Below, one piece after another: positions 1 to 9,015 of a DNA stretch of 64,000 nt. Under the pieces are notes generated by a model. The model worked only from the letters and a program-made list of their open reading frames with translations. It was not told where the DNA came from and ran no database searches. The number at the start of each line of letters is the position of its first letter. Position 1 is the stretch's first letter. A program made the translations under genes and the position numbers. Source of the stretch: a virus (taxonomy: Duplodnaviria > Heunggongvirae > Uroviricota > Caudoviricetes); the IMG/VR virus record IMGVR_UViG_3300020156_000001, positions 234,321-298,320 of that record. The stretch is one strand, 5' to 3'.

Positions 1-839
1 CGGATCTTGTTTGCAGAAGTTCCACTTTCCGGAAACTTCTTGATCGTTAGCTTGCCCCAGTTGTTGGCCTTCTTTGCCATACCAACTTTAAGTGCGGCGG
101 ACTCAATGTCACGCATAACACTCTTTGTTTCAAGCTCGGTGATCATCGCGTCAAAGCGCAAGGAAACCAAGTTTTCCGAAAGTTCCAGCGTGATATAAAC
201 GATGTCCATACCTGCCTGAATCCAGTTCAGCGCGAGGTTTTGCAGGAACAAACTCTTACCCGTACCTGGACCACCCGCGAAGAACGTTAGCTCGCCTCGG
301 TTCATCCCACCGTAAAGCTTGGCATCAATATCGCGCCAGCCTGTGCTGATAATACCGTTGCGATCACGCATCGACTGTAGTCGATCCAGAGGATTGCTAA
401 AGTAGTCAGTACCCATATCGGTGTTCAAGGAGATCATCATTGATTCCTTGATACGCTCTTCAACTACACCATACTGTCCTTTGTCTAGAAGAACAGGAGC
501 ATCCATAATGGTGTTTTCAATGCTCTTGTGACGGCAAAAGTTTTCAATGGTTTCAAAGTACCAGGACTCTGCACCAATAACGATTTCCGGCTCTAGCTTT
601 TGTAGCTCAACACCCGTTGTCGCTTGCACAACTTCATTTGGTGCAACTTTGCTGTATTCGGAAAAGTACTCTTTGATAAAGCGGGCAGTCTTACGAAGTT
701 TCTCGTTAAAAAATTCTGGCTGTACGATATCTTGGGAACGTGCAAATGCAGTGTGATCGCTTAGCATATACTCCAGTAGGAGCTTTTGTACTTCGTGTGG
801 ATATTCAATCGGTTCATACGTATTCTTTTTTTCGGACAT
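1..839 (-). CDS. gp41: Replicative DnaB/gp41-like helicase (5' part; runs off window start)
   Basis: Not in the ORF track because it is open-ended. Hand translation from ATG 839: MSEKKNTYEPIEY...ISTGWRDIDAKLYGGMNRGELTFFAGGPGTGKSLFLQNLA...VYITLELSE (Walker A and SF4 helicase motifs). Directly follows primase. Confidence 0.9.
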   Translation of the reverse strand, partial: MSEKKNTYEPIEYPHEVQKLLLEYMLSDHTAFARSQDIVQPEFFNEKLRKTARFIKEYFSEYSKVAPNEVVQATTGVELQKLEPEIVIGAESWYFETIENFCRHKSIENTIMDAPVLLDKGQYGVVEERIKESMMISLNTDMGTDYFSNPLDRLQSMRDRNGIISTGWRDIDAKLYGGMNRGELTFFAGGPGTGKSLFLQNLALNWIQAGMDIVYITLELSENLVSLRFDAMITELETKSVMRDIESAALKVGMAKKANNWGKLTIKKFPESGTSANKI

Positions 840-843
840 AAAT

Positions 844-1890
844 TTATCGAACCCTTAATGTGAGTCTTCTTTTTGTGTTGATTGCCAACTTACTGTTTAC
901 CATAGCACCAGTAATGCTCAACATAGTATATATCTTTCCTAATTCCTGGACCGCCTGCGCTGCGTCTTTAATCCGCAGATCGCTACCCCATTCCGGAAAA
1001 CTTACATACCATCCCTGAGCCATAGCCGTGTCAACAAGCTTGCCGCCAAGCTTTTCACGATCCGGCACTACCACAATCTTTTTGCCCGTGTTGTTGAGCC
1101 ATTCCGCTTGTTCCGCGCTTACTTTGTCGCCCAACATGGCCACGCCATTAATAGCCAGCGCGTCAAATGAACCTTCGCAAACAAAGATGTATTCGTTTTC
1201 CGGTTCAATTGATTCGGTGTTGAAAATGTAGTTCTTTTGTACGGAACCAAAGTACCTGTGCTTGAGCGTACCCGTGGTGTCACGACCCATAAAACCAACA
1301 ATCTTGTCTTCCCAACGGAATGGGATAATCACGCGCTTGTTAATGTCATAGTAGTCGGTGGAAGTCTCAGGCGTCCAGTGATAGTCATAGGCTTGAAAGA
1401 TATCAATGCCGCGATTTGCCACATAATCGGCAACCGGTGCAAACTCTTCGCGGAAGTTTTCCGGCTTTAGCCAATATGAGAATGGCATCGCACCCTGAGG
1501 AAGTGTTTCCTCTTTAAACTTCAAATGTGAAACCGGGGCATAAGCAGCGGGATCAAACTGGCTGTTTGACTTTGCTGATTCCTCAAGCTGCCACACTTTG
1601 AACTTGAGCTTTTTGATCTCTTCCTGACCAATATGTGCGAGCTCAAGCAGTGTTTCCATCTTGTGGAACAACTTCTTACCAGGAGTCCAGCTTGCCTTGT
1701 AATGGCAGTTGAAACAGTGGTACACGCAAACGTTTTCAGGGGTGAGCATTAACCCACCCCTGCTTCTCGTGTCCGGCCGAGGCTCACCGTTGTAGGTACA
1801 GCAAATCGCATTAAACGAAAGCCAATTGCCTCCACCCTTGCGCTTTGCGCCGGCAATATGCCGGCTGAGCAGATCGTAAACGAGATTCAT
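844..1890 (-). CDS. gp61: DNA primase (T4 gp61/DnaG-like)
   Basis: N-terminal Zn finger (FNAICC...YHCFNC), RVIIPF...GFMGR and TOPRIM motifs FVCEGSFDA and VPDRE...IKDAAQA; adjacent to helicase. Confidence 0.9.
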   Translation of the reverse strand: MNLVYDLLSRHIAGAKRKGGGNWLSFNAICCTYNGEPRPDTRSRGGLMLTPENVCVYHCFNCHYKASWTPGKKLFHKMETLLELAHIGQEEIKKLKFKVWQLEESAKSNSQFDPAAYAPVSHLKFKEETLPQGAMPFSYWLKPENFREEFAPVADYVANRGIDIFQAYDYHWTPETSTDYYDINKRVIIPFRWEDKIVGFMGRDTTGTLKHRYFGSVQKNYIFNTESIEPENEYIFVCEGSFDALAINGVAMLGDKVSAEQAEWLNNTGKKIVVVPDREKLGGKLVDTAMAQGWYVSFPEWGSDLRIKDAAQAVQELGKIYTMLSITGAMVNSKLAINTKRRLTLRVR

Positions 1891-1899
1891 TTCTATTCC

Positions 1900-3636
1900 T
1901 TAAGCGAAGACGTCAAAAGTAGTTAGCTTTGGAGGAACGATCTTCGTTGCTTCCTTAAGCGTCTTAACTGCCTTTGTGTTATCGGCGATAGGAATCTGAT
2001 CCAGTGCATCGCCTACGAGAACACCAGCGTTGGTCTTATCGCCGGCCAAGCTGTTGAGTGTCTTCTCGTACTTCTTAATCAGAGTATACGGATCCTTTGT
2101 TGTAGGATCAAGAATTTCCTCAATCGCTTCCTTCAACATGATCATGTTAACTGGAACACGATCAACATCACCGCGGTCATAGAGGTCCTGTGATTCGAAA
2201 ACACCTTCCAAGTGTACCTGCGCATTGTGGTTCATCAGGTACGCATACGTGACTACATCCCAGGTGCTTGTGAGTGTTTTATCCACGTTTACGCAGATAT
2301 CACGCATCCGAAGATTCTTACCGATTTCAGTCTCGATAAAGTGGCTGTTCTGACGGAGACGGTCTAGGTCACCTTCAAACGCTTCGTTGTGGAACTCACC
2401 TGGATGATCAATCATGTTGTCCCAGATTTTGCGTAGCTCATCAAGGAACATTTCGTCACCTGCGTAGCCATCAAAATCTTTACCAAAGCGGCGCTTGTAG
2501 CGATCGTTTAGCGTACCGAGGAACTGACGACCATCCATCTTTTCCGACTGAATTGTCCAGCCATTCCGGTCCAACGTATAACCCATGAATAGGTTACCAA
2601 AAGCTGCCGTGGTGAATGGGCTGCTAACGTCATAAGAGATCGTGAACTCAGGATTGTCATGCTTGCGGATCATTCGCTGCATTGTCGTGTATGCGCAACC
2701 ATTCTGTAGCTTGCCTACACCGAGAATGTGCATCCAGTTCTTGTCTTCAAGTAGTCCATCGCGGCGGAAGCCCAACAAGCGCGTTAGCGTCATTGTGAAC
2801 TTTTCCTTGTGCGGACCAGCAAGCGACCAACCCTCAAACGCATTAGCTCCAAACTCGGAAGCCTTGCTGTAGTGCTTTACTTGCTCGTACCACTGATCAG
2901 ATTCTTCAATTGTACGACCCTGCACAACGTTTAGAAAGCCGGTGGCTCCAGTTTGACGCTTGTGGGCAAAGTACTCGTTGTTGACCAGGGTTTGGAACAT
3001 GCAAGTGGCAAAGCCGCGTGTTTGTGGATCGTTAATGCTGAGATCCATTTGTTCAGCAAATTCATCCACATTTACAGGCTGATAGCCAAGCGACTTCTTA
3101 ACAATCCGCTTACCATCCTGACGCTCATAGTTGCCTGCTTTGTCCTTCTTGAACTCAAAGCATTCCAACACGTAGATGTCACCGTCTCTCTTCAAGCGGT
3201 CATAGTGGGCGTCGATTGTGCCCATGTTGATACCACCTGTTGGAAAGTCGAGAATCATCGACCAGTCGCAGTTGACTTCCAGCCAACGCATCATGCGTTC
3301 GCGTGTTACGTCACCCTTAAACTTAATGGAACCTTGCTGGATTTGGAATCCGCCGGAGTCACCTAGTACGGTTGTGTTCTTCACATCCGCGCGTCCGGTG
3401 ATCATATCTTTGCGATGGGCAGCGCCCTCACTTTTTGCAGCTTGACCAGCCGAATAAAGCGCACAAGGAAGATACCAAAGGTTGGTGCTAGGATTGAAGA
3501 AGTCCAAGTCGGATTGAGCTATTGGACCAACACGCTTTGGCTTTGGACTCACAACGAAGCGAGTGTACATTTCTGATGTTGCTGGTAGGAACCGAGCGTA
3601 GTCAGAATAACGCTTCGAGAAATCAATACCGGGCAT
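1900..3636 (-). CDS. tRNA-guanine transglycosylase (TGT)/DpdA-fold protein
   Basis: TGT motifs in order: LGDSGGFQ, MILDFP, NVVQG, WSLAG, HILGVG, SYDVSSP, late NHN. Confidence 0.7.
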   Translation of the reverse strand: MPGIDFSKRYSDYARFLPATSEMYTRFVVSPKPKRVGPIAQSDLDFFNPSTNLWYLPCALYSAGQAAKSEGAAHRKDMITGRADVKNTTVLGDSGGFQIQQGSIKFKGDVTRERMMRWLEVNCDWSMILDFPTGGINMGTIDAHYDRLKRDGDIYVLECFEFKKDKAGNYERQDGKRIVKKSLGYQPVNVDEFAEQMDLSINDPQTRGFATCMFQTLVNNEYFAHKRQTGATGFLNVVQGRTIEESDQWYEQVKHYSKASEFGANAFEGWSLAGPHKEKFTMTLTRLLGFRRDGLLEDKNWMHILGVGKLQNGCAYTTMQRMIRKHDNPEFTISYDVSSPFTTAAFGNLFMGYTLDRNGWTIQSEKMDGRQFLGTLNDRYKRRFGKDFDGYAGDEMFLDELRKIWDNMIDHPGEFHNEAFEGDLDRLRQNSHFIETEIGKNLRMRDICVNVDKTLTSTWDVVTYAYLMNHNAQVHLEGVFESQDLYDRGDVDRVPVNMIMLKEAIEEILDPTTKDPYTLIKKYEKTLNSLAGDKTNAGVLVGDALDQIPIADNTKAVKTLKEATKIVPPKLTTFDVFA

Positions 3637-3642
3637 TTGCTA

Positions 3643-3686
3643 CCTCTTCTTATAGTTCTAAATATGTATTTAGAATATAAGATAGG
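3643..3686 (-). promoter_or_regulatory. Late promoter (CTAAATA) inside a 15-bp interrupted hairpin abutting the RBS of the TGT-like gene
   Basis: tcttata 3648-3654 / tataaga 3676-3682 and ttctaaat 3656-3663 / atttagaa 3668-3675; minus-strand CTAAATA at 3667-3673. Confidence 0.55.
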
Positions 3687-3706
3687 AGCGGCGCCTAAGT
3701 CAATTT

Positions 3707-3970
3707 CTAATTGGAAGAAGACCCAAAAAGGAAAGCCCCGAGAATCCAGCAAGCACAACCACTTAGGAACGCGAAGAAAAAGCAGCCATTTTTGTCGATT
3801 TCATCGGTGTCTCCAATGGTAACCTTATAATTATAAGTAAACCATCCGAATATCGGCATTAGGAAGATCGCTGGGATTGTAGTGATAAAGCAGCCAATCA
3901 TGAACATGAACCACTGATCGACTTGTTCTCCATCTGAGATTTGCCGCGAAGTCCACTTCTTCAATGCCAT
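3707..3970 (-). CDS. Small two-TM membrane protein
   Basis: Two hydrophobic segments; RBS aaggaga; preceded by a sigma70-like promoter. Confidence 0.6.
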   Translation of the reverse strand: MALKKWTSRQISDGEQVDQWFMFMIGCFITTIPAIFLMPIFGWFTYNYKVTIGDTDEIDKNGCFFFAFLSGCACWILGAFLFGSSSN

Positions 3971-3991
3971 TTCAATCTCCTTTGTTAGCGC

Positions 3992-4019
3992 GTTCTAACA
4001 CAGGAAACTAGCATGTCAA
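3992..4019 (-). promoter_or_regulatory. Early sigma70-like promoter
   Basis: TTGACA-16 nt-TAGAAC with TG extension (cctgtgtTAGAAC). Confidence 0.55.
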
Positions 4020-4021
4020 CC

Positions 4022-4831
4022 TTAGTTTCTAAACAGGATCTTGGTTAGATTACCCATGTTTAGCTGATCCGGCTTTACCTTGAAACGCACCCATTGCAGA
4101 TTCGCTTCTATGTTGTGGGCAATTACACCCGACGCACGTTCCAGTATGGTTTCATGGCGGTCATCAATGAGAATAGGAAACCAATCGGGTTGATCCGGAG
4201 TATGCTCGACAATGCTGCCCTCAACCCAAATAGAACCCGTAAAGTTTTCCACATACCAAGCCAGCGTATGTAGACCATCAACAGAACCATTACGGAGATT
4301 CCCTTGGAAATTAGGGCTTACCCAGAATGTTTCAAAACGGTTGGAGTTTTCCGGAGAGAATGAACTCCATGCGTATTCCTGCGATTTCAAACCCTCAAGC
4401 TCGCGGCCATAGCGGAGTTCAAAATAACCATGTGCGGTTTCGTATTGGTCTTGGCTTAATAGCTTGGCGTTGCCGTTGTCCATCATGTAGGACACAGAAT
4501 ATCTGTGAAAACCCAGTGGCATGTCCTTGACCATATAGGGCAGGAACGTTAAGCGGCAAATACCACGCACTGCATCAACGATTTCCAATGGTACGCTTGC
4601 CATAGTTTGCCCGCTGTAATAGTTGACCAATGTGGCAAACAATTTACGGCCGGTCAAATTGATGGGCTTACGATCGATATTACGAACAATAAACTCGATA
4701 TCTGTTTGGGAATCTTTGAATGCGAGAAAGTCCGGATTGTGCATGGCCATATTCCTATTCATGTGGACACTGGTGCCCTCAATGGTCAACGAAATGCGTC
4801 GTTTTGTCTCATAGAGAATCTTTGAACCCAT
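4022..4831 (-). CDS. Hypothetical beta-rich protein, possibly virion/baseplate (BppU-N-like first half)
   Basis: 269-aa ORF; IEFIVRNIDRKPINLTG...IVDAVRGICRLTF pattern; TAAATA upstream. Confidence 0.5.
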   Translation of the reverse strand: MGSKILYETKRRISLTIEGTSVHMNRNMAMHNPDFLAFKDSQTDIEFIVRNIDRKPINLTGRKLFATLVNYYSGQTMASVPLEIVDAVRGICRLTFLPYMVKDMPLGFHRYSVSYMMDNGNAKLLSQDQYETAHGYFELRYGRELEGLKSQEYAWSSFSPENSNRFETFWVSPNFQGNLRNGSVDGLHTLAWYVENFTGSIWVEGSIVEHTPDQPDWFPILIDDRHETILERASGVIAHNIEANLQWVRFKVKPDQLNMGNLTKILFRN

Positions 4832-4905
4832 ATCACACCCGTGCTGAATTTGTCCTTTTATAAATAGAAAGGTACCCGATATTTAGCTAAAACTCCTCGG
4901 TCTTC

Positions 4906-5268
4906 ATGCAAAAAACACTTGAAAAATTCCCATTCCTTACTCATGGCACATACGTGGACACTGAGTACCTGGGAATCGTAGGCAACTCAGATAATCAAAT
5001 TATCTCCATGTATGTGTATGGAGACTTGCCAACGGATGAGCTAAAGAAGTTGTTTTTGGAACTGGGAGAAGAATGGTGGTGGGAAACAAATCGACAGCTT
5101 CCCATTAATATCGCACTAAAGCAGAAGTGGGCTGTTTTCCGCCCTTATATGAAAACCTTCATTACAAAAGATTTCCAACTACATTGCGGTCCCTGCGTTA
5201 GCTTGGACGATTTGACTTCCAAGCGTATCAAGCGCCGTCAAATCCAGCTAGTTAAGAAGCTGAAGTAA
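4906..5268 (+). CDS. Hypothetical protein
   Basis: 120-aa ORF preceded by TATAAATA (4859-4866). Confidence 0.6.
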   Translation: MQKTLEKFPFLTHGTYVDTEYLGIVGNSDNQIISMYVYGDLPTDELKKLFLELGEEWWWETNRQLPINIALKQKWAVFRPYMKTFITKDFQLHCGPCVSLDDLTSKRIKRRQIQLVKKLK

Positions 5269-5836
5269 CTTTCTCTACCATAAGATTCAACTGCACAACA
5301 ATAACCAGCGCATATGAAATTGCGTGAGACTTTTTAAAACGATAAGCATCGTTTCCATCATCTACCCAAATCTCAGCCTCAATTTCAGACCAGCTTTTGC
5401 CAATCAAATACTGCTTGGCCGGACGAATCATTGCGAGTACCATTGCCAGTTGTTCAACCGACGTTGGCTTCATCTTACTTACGATATTGTAGTGGTTGTG
5501 TAGCTGGAACAAATCCTCAACCACAATCTGATCCTCGAGAAGAGCCCATATCGGTGGCTTACTCATCAAGGCTTGCAAATGTGCTTCATCGCGCACATCC
5601 TTGTAAATGGACAAGTTTAGAAAGTCCATCTTGAAGAAACCGTTAGCTTCGGCTTGTTCATAAGGAATGCTGCAAAGACCTGTAATTGGATCCGTGGGAA
5701 CCTCATGCAGATAAACGCCAACGTTGTGGCGTTTTAATTGCTTATCCTTTACCAGACTTGCTGCGGTGTGCGCGATATGCTTGAGAGCTTCATCGCGATC
5801 AGCAAAGTCGATATCAATGTCTGTGACTTTTTTCAT
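5252..5836 (-). CDS. Miniature DNA polymerase III alpha (DnaE)-like catalytic core
   Basis: TDIDIDF (cf. PDFDVDF), HNVGVY (cf. HAGGVV), KMDFLNL (cf. KFDFLGL) and YRFKKSHAISYA (cf. YGFNKSHSAAYA) in only 194 aa. Confidence 0.8.
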   Translation of the reverse strand: MKKVTDIDIDFADRDEALKHIAHTAASLVKDKQLKRHNVGVYLHEVPTDPITGLCSIPYEQAEANGFFKMDFLNLSIYKDVRDEAHLQALMSKPPIWALLEDQIVVEDLFQLHNHYNIVSKMKPTSVEQLAMVLAMIRPAKQYLIGKSWSEIEAEIWVDDGNDAYRFKKSHAISYALVIVVQLNLMVEKVTSAS

Positions 5837-6048
5837 AGGAAGATAAGTTTGAATTCCATCGCATCGGTTTTGTTATCGAAGATCAATTCGTATGTGCTGC
5901 CATATTCTTCACGCTCCTTGTTAACAAGTTGACGTGCAAAGTGCTTTGGCTTCCTACGAATAAGCCATTCAGTAAGTTCCTTGGCAAGCTCTGGTTCAAG
6001 CTCGCTTACATAAAACACCAATGGTTTATCTTCAGTGTGTCGGAACAT
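5833..6048 (-). CDS. Hypothetical protein with C-terminal F-x-x-K-x-DA-x-x-FKL motif
   Basis: 71 aa; LIFDNKTDAMEFKL; overlaps the next gene by 4 nt (coupled). Confidence 0.55.
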   Translation of the reverse strand: MFRHTEDKPLVFYVSELEPELAKELTEWLIRRKPKHFARQLVNKEREEYGSTYELIFDNKTDAMEFKLIFL

Positions 6049-6056
6049 AGCTGGCC

Positions 6057-6551
6057 TTACTTCGTATTGTCAACGATAACGTGAAATGGATTCTTTTTTA
6101 CTTCCACTTTTGGTTCAGGGCGCGGAGGAATATAAGCGTCCCAATCGAAGCGGAAGGTGCGACGGAAATCAACAACAATGCGTGATTCCTTTGGGCGCAT
6201 GATGGTCATTTCATCAAAGCCAGTAACGCCATCCACACGAGACATTTTCACGATAGCTGAGGCAAAGAACCGGAACGTGCTGAATGGTTCTTTGTAGCGG
6301 ATGGTGAGATCATCCAAAGGCGTATCCGGACCCAATAGATCAAAGCATTTGAACAAGAGGAGTTGATAATGGATCATTTCCAAATCACTCCAACGGGTAC
6401 GATTACGGAATGGTTCTTGGTCTTTTAGTTCATCCAATAGAACGTCCGACTTGTACCAAACCTCATTTAGGAAAATTTCATCGCGATCGGTAAGTTCAAC
6501 AACCCAATTGATCGCATTGAGGCTGTCTACGAAATCTACTCTAACTTGCAT
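6057..6551 (-). CDS. Hypothetical protein
   Basis: 164-aa ORF in a tightly packed operon. Confidence 0.6.
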   Translation of the reverse strand: MQVRVDFVDSLNAINWVVELTDRDEIFLNEVWYKSDVLLDELKDQEPFRNRTRWSDLEMIHYQLLLFKCFDLLGPDTPLDDLTIRYKEPFSTFRFFASAIVKMSRVDGVTGFDEMTIMRPKESRIVVDFRRTFRFDWDAYIPPRPEPKVEVKKNPFHVIVDNTK

Positions 6552-6910
6552 TAATTGCCTCTATAGGACTTCGACTTGATGGTGCTTGCCATCGCGATTT
6601 TAAGCTTTTCGATCTCTACATGGGCACGTTGAATTGAACGTGTAGCCCGGCGTAGGTCTTCGCCCTGCTGGCGAGTCAAAGTTCTAAATTCTTTGATTTG
6701 GTCTTCGAGAAGTTTGATATATGCGGCACTAGGAATAGTCACATAACGACCGTTGATTTCAACTTCGTGCATGTGGCCGTTGGTCAGTTTAAGACCGCTG
6801 AGACGTTGATGTGCCGGAGGAATAACCTTTGGCGCTTCAGGCTTTGCTACTGGCTGCGCTGGTGCTGCCTTGCGCGGGCCATACATGCTGGAATAAAAAT
6901 CATCGCTCAT
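6551..6910 (-). CDS. Hypothetical coiled-coil protein
   Basis: 119 aa; RBS aggag; TAAATA upstream. Confidence 0.6.
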   Translation of the reverse strand: MSDDFYSSMYGPRKAAPAQPVAKPEAPKVIPPAHQRLSGLKLTNGHMHEVEINGRYVTIPSAAYIKLLEDQIKEFRTLTRQQGEDLRRATRSIQRAHVEIEKLKIAMASTIKSKSYRGN

Positions 6911-6934
6911 TGGTGCTCTCCTATCACGTATTTA

Positions 6935-7642
6935 TCAAACACCAGCCGCACGCAAGTTGAATTTGATAGCTCGGACTTCCTCCGAGTAATACTCGAACTT
7001 CTTGAACCAAAAGTTTGCGTCCAACAGTTCCTTAATCATCATTAGCTGCTCATCTGACAAGCGTTCGATAAGCTCATCACCTACCGTGAAAAGCAGCCAA
7101 GGACTTAGACGTCCCGCCTTAATCCATCGTGTGGCTTGAACCGTACTTACGTTGCGGAAAAAGTCGGTCCACTCTTCACCAGTTTCTCTAGCCCATTGCT
7201 CCATTAGTAGGATATTGCGCTCAAGTGCTTTGTCTGGATGCTCTTTCTTCCCAAGCTCCCTGATCCAAATCTCGTATGGACGCGGCAATGTCCAATCATC
7301 AAGCTTGACGTTTGTACGGATTAGAAAGTCGGTAAACCCCATGGGATCCAGCGCGTTGATATCGACTAGGTATTTGCCGAACTTAATAAACGCGCTGTAA
7401 TATTGAGAGTCGATAAAGTCCTCTTGTGTTTTAGGCTTTTTTGACTTCATGCTGATTTCGTAAAACAGTTGGTACGCGCGGAACCCCATCATCGCGTACT
7501 TTTCATCTTTCCAAAGCCACCGGCGCTTTTTCTCACAAGTATGGGAAATCAGCGTCTTTTCCGTCGAATAAGGATGCTTGCAAAAGTCGCAAACAAACTT
7601 GATTGGCTCCGCTTTGACTACTGCCTTAGGCTTTCTTGCCAT
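6935..7642 (-). CDS. Hypothetical protein with N-terminal Zn-finger-like motif
   Basis: Start reassigned to MARKPK (ATG 7642); CDFCKHPYSTEKTLISHTCE. Confidence 0.6.
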   Translation of the reverse strand: MARKPKAVVKAEPIKFVCDFCKHPYSTEKTLISHTCEKKRRWLWKDEKYAMMGFRAYQLFYEISMKSKKPKTQEDFIDSQYYSAFIKFGKYLVDINALDPMGFTDFLIRTNVKLDDWTLPRPYEIWIRELGKKEHPDKALERNILLMEQWARETGEEWTDFFRNVSTVQATRWIKAGRLSPWLLFTVGDELIERLSDEQLMMIKELLDANFWFKKFEYYSEEVRAIKFNLRAAGV

Positions 7643-8186
7643 AGTTGTCTCTGTATTCCTTAACCACTGCTTTGATCTCAGGATCGGATGCACCAAACTG
7701 TTTGGCTAGTTCCTTAACTTCATCCTCATTTGCAAGCTTGCCCTTCAGGATGTCAATTTCCGTGTTAGAAACTAGCGGGTGCATTTGTAGGAAATAGTTA
7801 TCCAGCAGTGGAGTCTTGCTTACTTTGCCTTTGGGCATCATCCACTTATGGCGTGGTGTGCGCGAGCTAAGTGTGGAAGCAACCGTTGCCAACAGCTTCC
7901 ATTGCAACTCCGGATGCTTGGACATTTTCCAAAACCCATTGTTCACAAACGTATTTACGAGCTGTGGCGAATTGACCGGATCACTTTCACTCAGCGATAC
8001 CCATCGCATGAGGATTAGCGGGCTGATCTCCTTGCGTTGATCTTCCGTGCAATTTGCGTAGAAGTTCAAGTCACCCTTGTATAGGGCAGGCAAGGTTTGA
8101 CCAAACAAGTCAAGCTTGTATTCCTTCTTCTTAGGCTCCTTCTTGGGCTCAGCTGAAGTTTTCGCAGATGATTTTTTCGCTGTCAC
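7626..8186 (-). CDS. Putative clamp-loader small subunit (T4 gp62-like)
   Basis: ISPLILMRWVS...VNTFVN...KHPELQWKLL...HKWM pattern resembles gp62-like proteins; replication context. Confidence 0.45.
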   Translation of the reverse strand: MTAKKSSAKTSAEPKKEPKKKEYKLDLFGQTLPALYKGDLNFYANCTEDQRKEISPLILMRWVSLSESDPVNSPQLVNTFVNNGFWKMSKHPELQWKLLATVASTLSSRTPRHKWMMPKGKVSKTPLLDNYFLQMHPLVSNTEIDILKGKLANEDEVKELAKQFGASDPEIKAVVKEYRDNYGKKA

Positions 8187-8406
8187 TTTGGTATCCTAAT
8201 CTGAAATGTACGGCATCTTTATTAGAGGAAAACGCAATTTCAATACCCTTGAAACCCCGCGTACTATCATCATAACGCGATGATATGTTCCACTTTTCAT
8301 ACTTATCCTTGCAGGAATGGACCATAAAGCGATTGATGTATTGGATCACTTCCAGCTTTTTGGTCGTGTCGGAAAACATGATTTTAATACGGTATGGGTA
8401 TTGCAT
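8149..8406 (-). CDS. Hypothetical protein with C-terminal F-x-x-x-x-DA-x-x-FRL motif
   Basis: 85 aa; IAFSSNKDAVHFRL. Confidence 0.5.
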   Translation of the reverse strand: MQYPYRIKIMFSDTTKKLEVIQYINRFMVHSCKDKYEKWNISSRYDDSTRGFKGIEIAFSSNKDAVHFRLGYQSDSEKIICENFS

Positions 8407-8461
8407 AGGGTTGTCCTCTGATCTCTTAGCAGCCTACTAGGTTGGGATCCAGGACGTCAAT

Positions 8462-8941
8462 TTATTTAAACTGGCGAGTTCTCCCCGCACGAATGTTTCG
8501 GACTGTGGACTCACTTACATTGAACAGCGAGGCCAGCAGTTTGGTTTCCATTGTACTCGCACGTATCGTACACACATCATCCCACGTCAATGAGTGCAGT
8601 CGTAGCTCACCCGGCGGTCCTAGTTGCGCGGTAACACTTGCGTAGGTACGGCCGAATTTGATGTTGTTGGCTACACTCTTGGAAATTCCATATATTGCAT
8701 TGAGCTGAGCTAGAGTTCCAGTGAACTCGTAGATTTCCTTGACCATGTCATCGGTGAGGATTTTCCTATGGCTTCGGGGCTGAACCGGAAACATAAGGTA
8801 TTGTCCGGTAATGTCTCCACGGGTACGACCCTTTTTAACTGAGCGGATTGTGAATGTGGAAACTCCATAGTCGGCGGCCAACTTTGCAGTGGGATCGCTA
8901 CTCAAATAGATTTCTACGATTTGATCGTCTGTGAGCTTCAT
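8462..8941 (-). CDS. Triple helix-turn-helix repeat DNA-binding protein
   Basis: Three ~50-aa repeats: LTDDQIVEIY...LAADYGVSTFTIRSVKKGRT; LTDDMVKEIY...LNAIYGISKSVANNIKFGRT; LTWDDVCTIR...LASLFNVSESTVRNIRAGRT. Confidence 0.7.
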   Translation of the reverse strand: MKLTDDQIVEIYLSSDPTAKLAADYGVSTFTIRSVKKGRTRGDITGQYLMFPVQPRSHRKILTDDMVKEIYEFTGTLAQLNAIYGISKSVANNIKFGRTYASVTAQLGPPGELRLHSLTWDDVCTIRASTMETKLLASLFNVSESTVRNIRAGRTRQFK

Positions 8942-9015
8942 TACAAACCTCTTAATGCAGACTATTTAACGGTACTAATAAATAGGACTATTAGTTCCCA
9001 TCTAAGGAGTTTATT

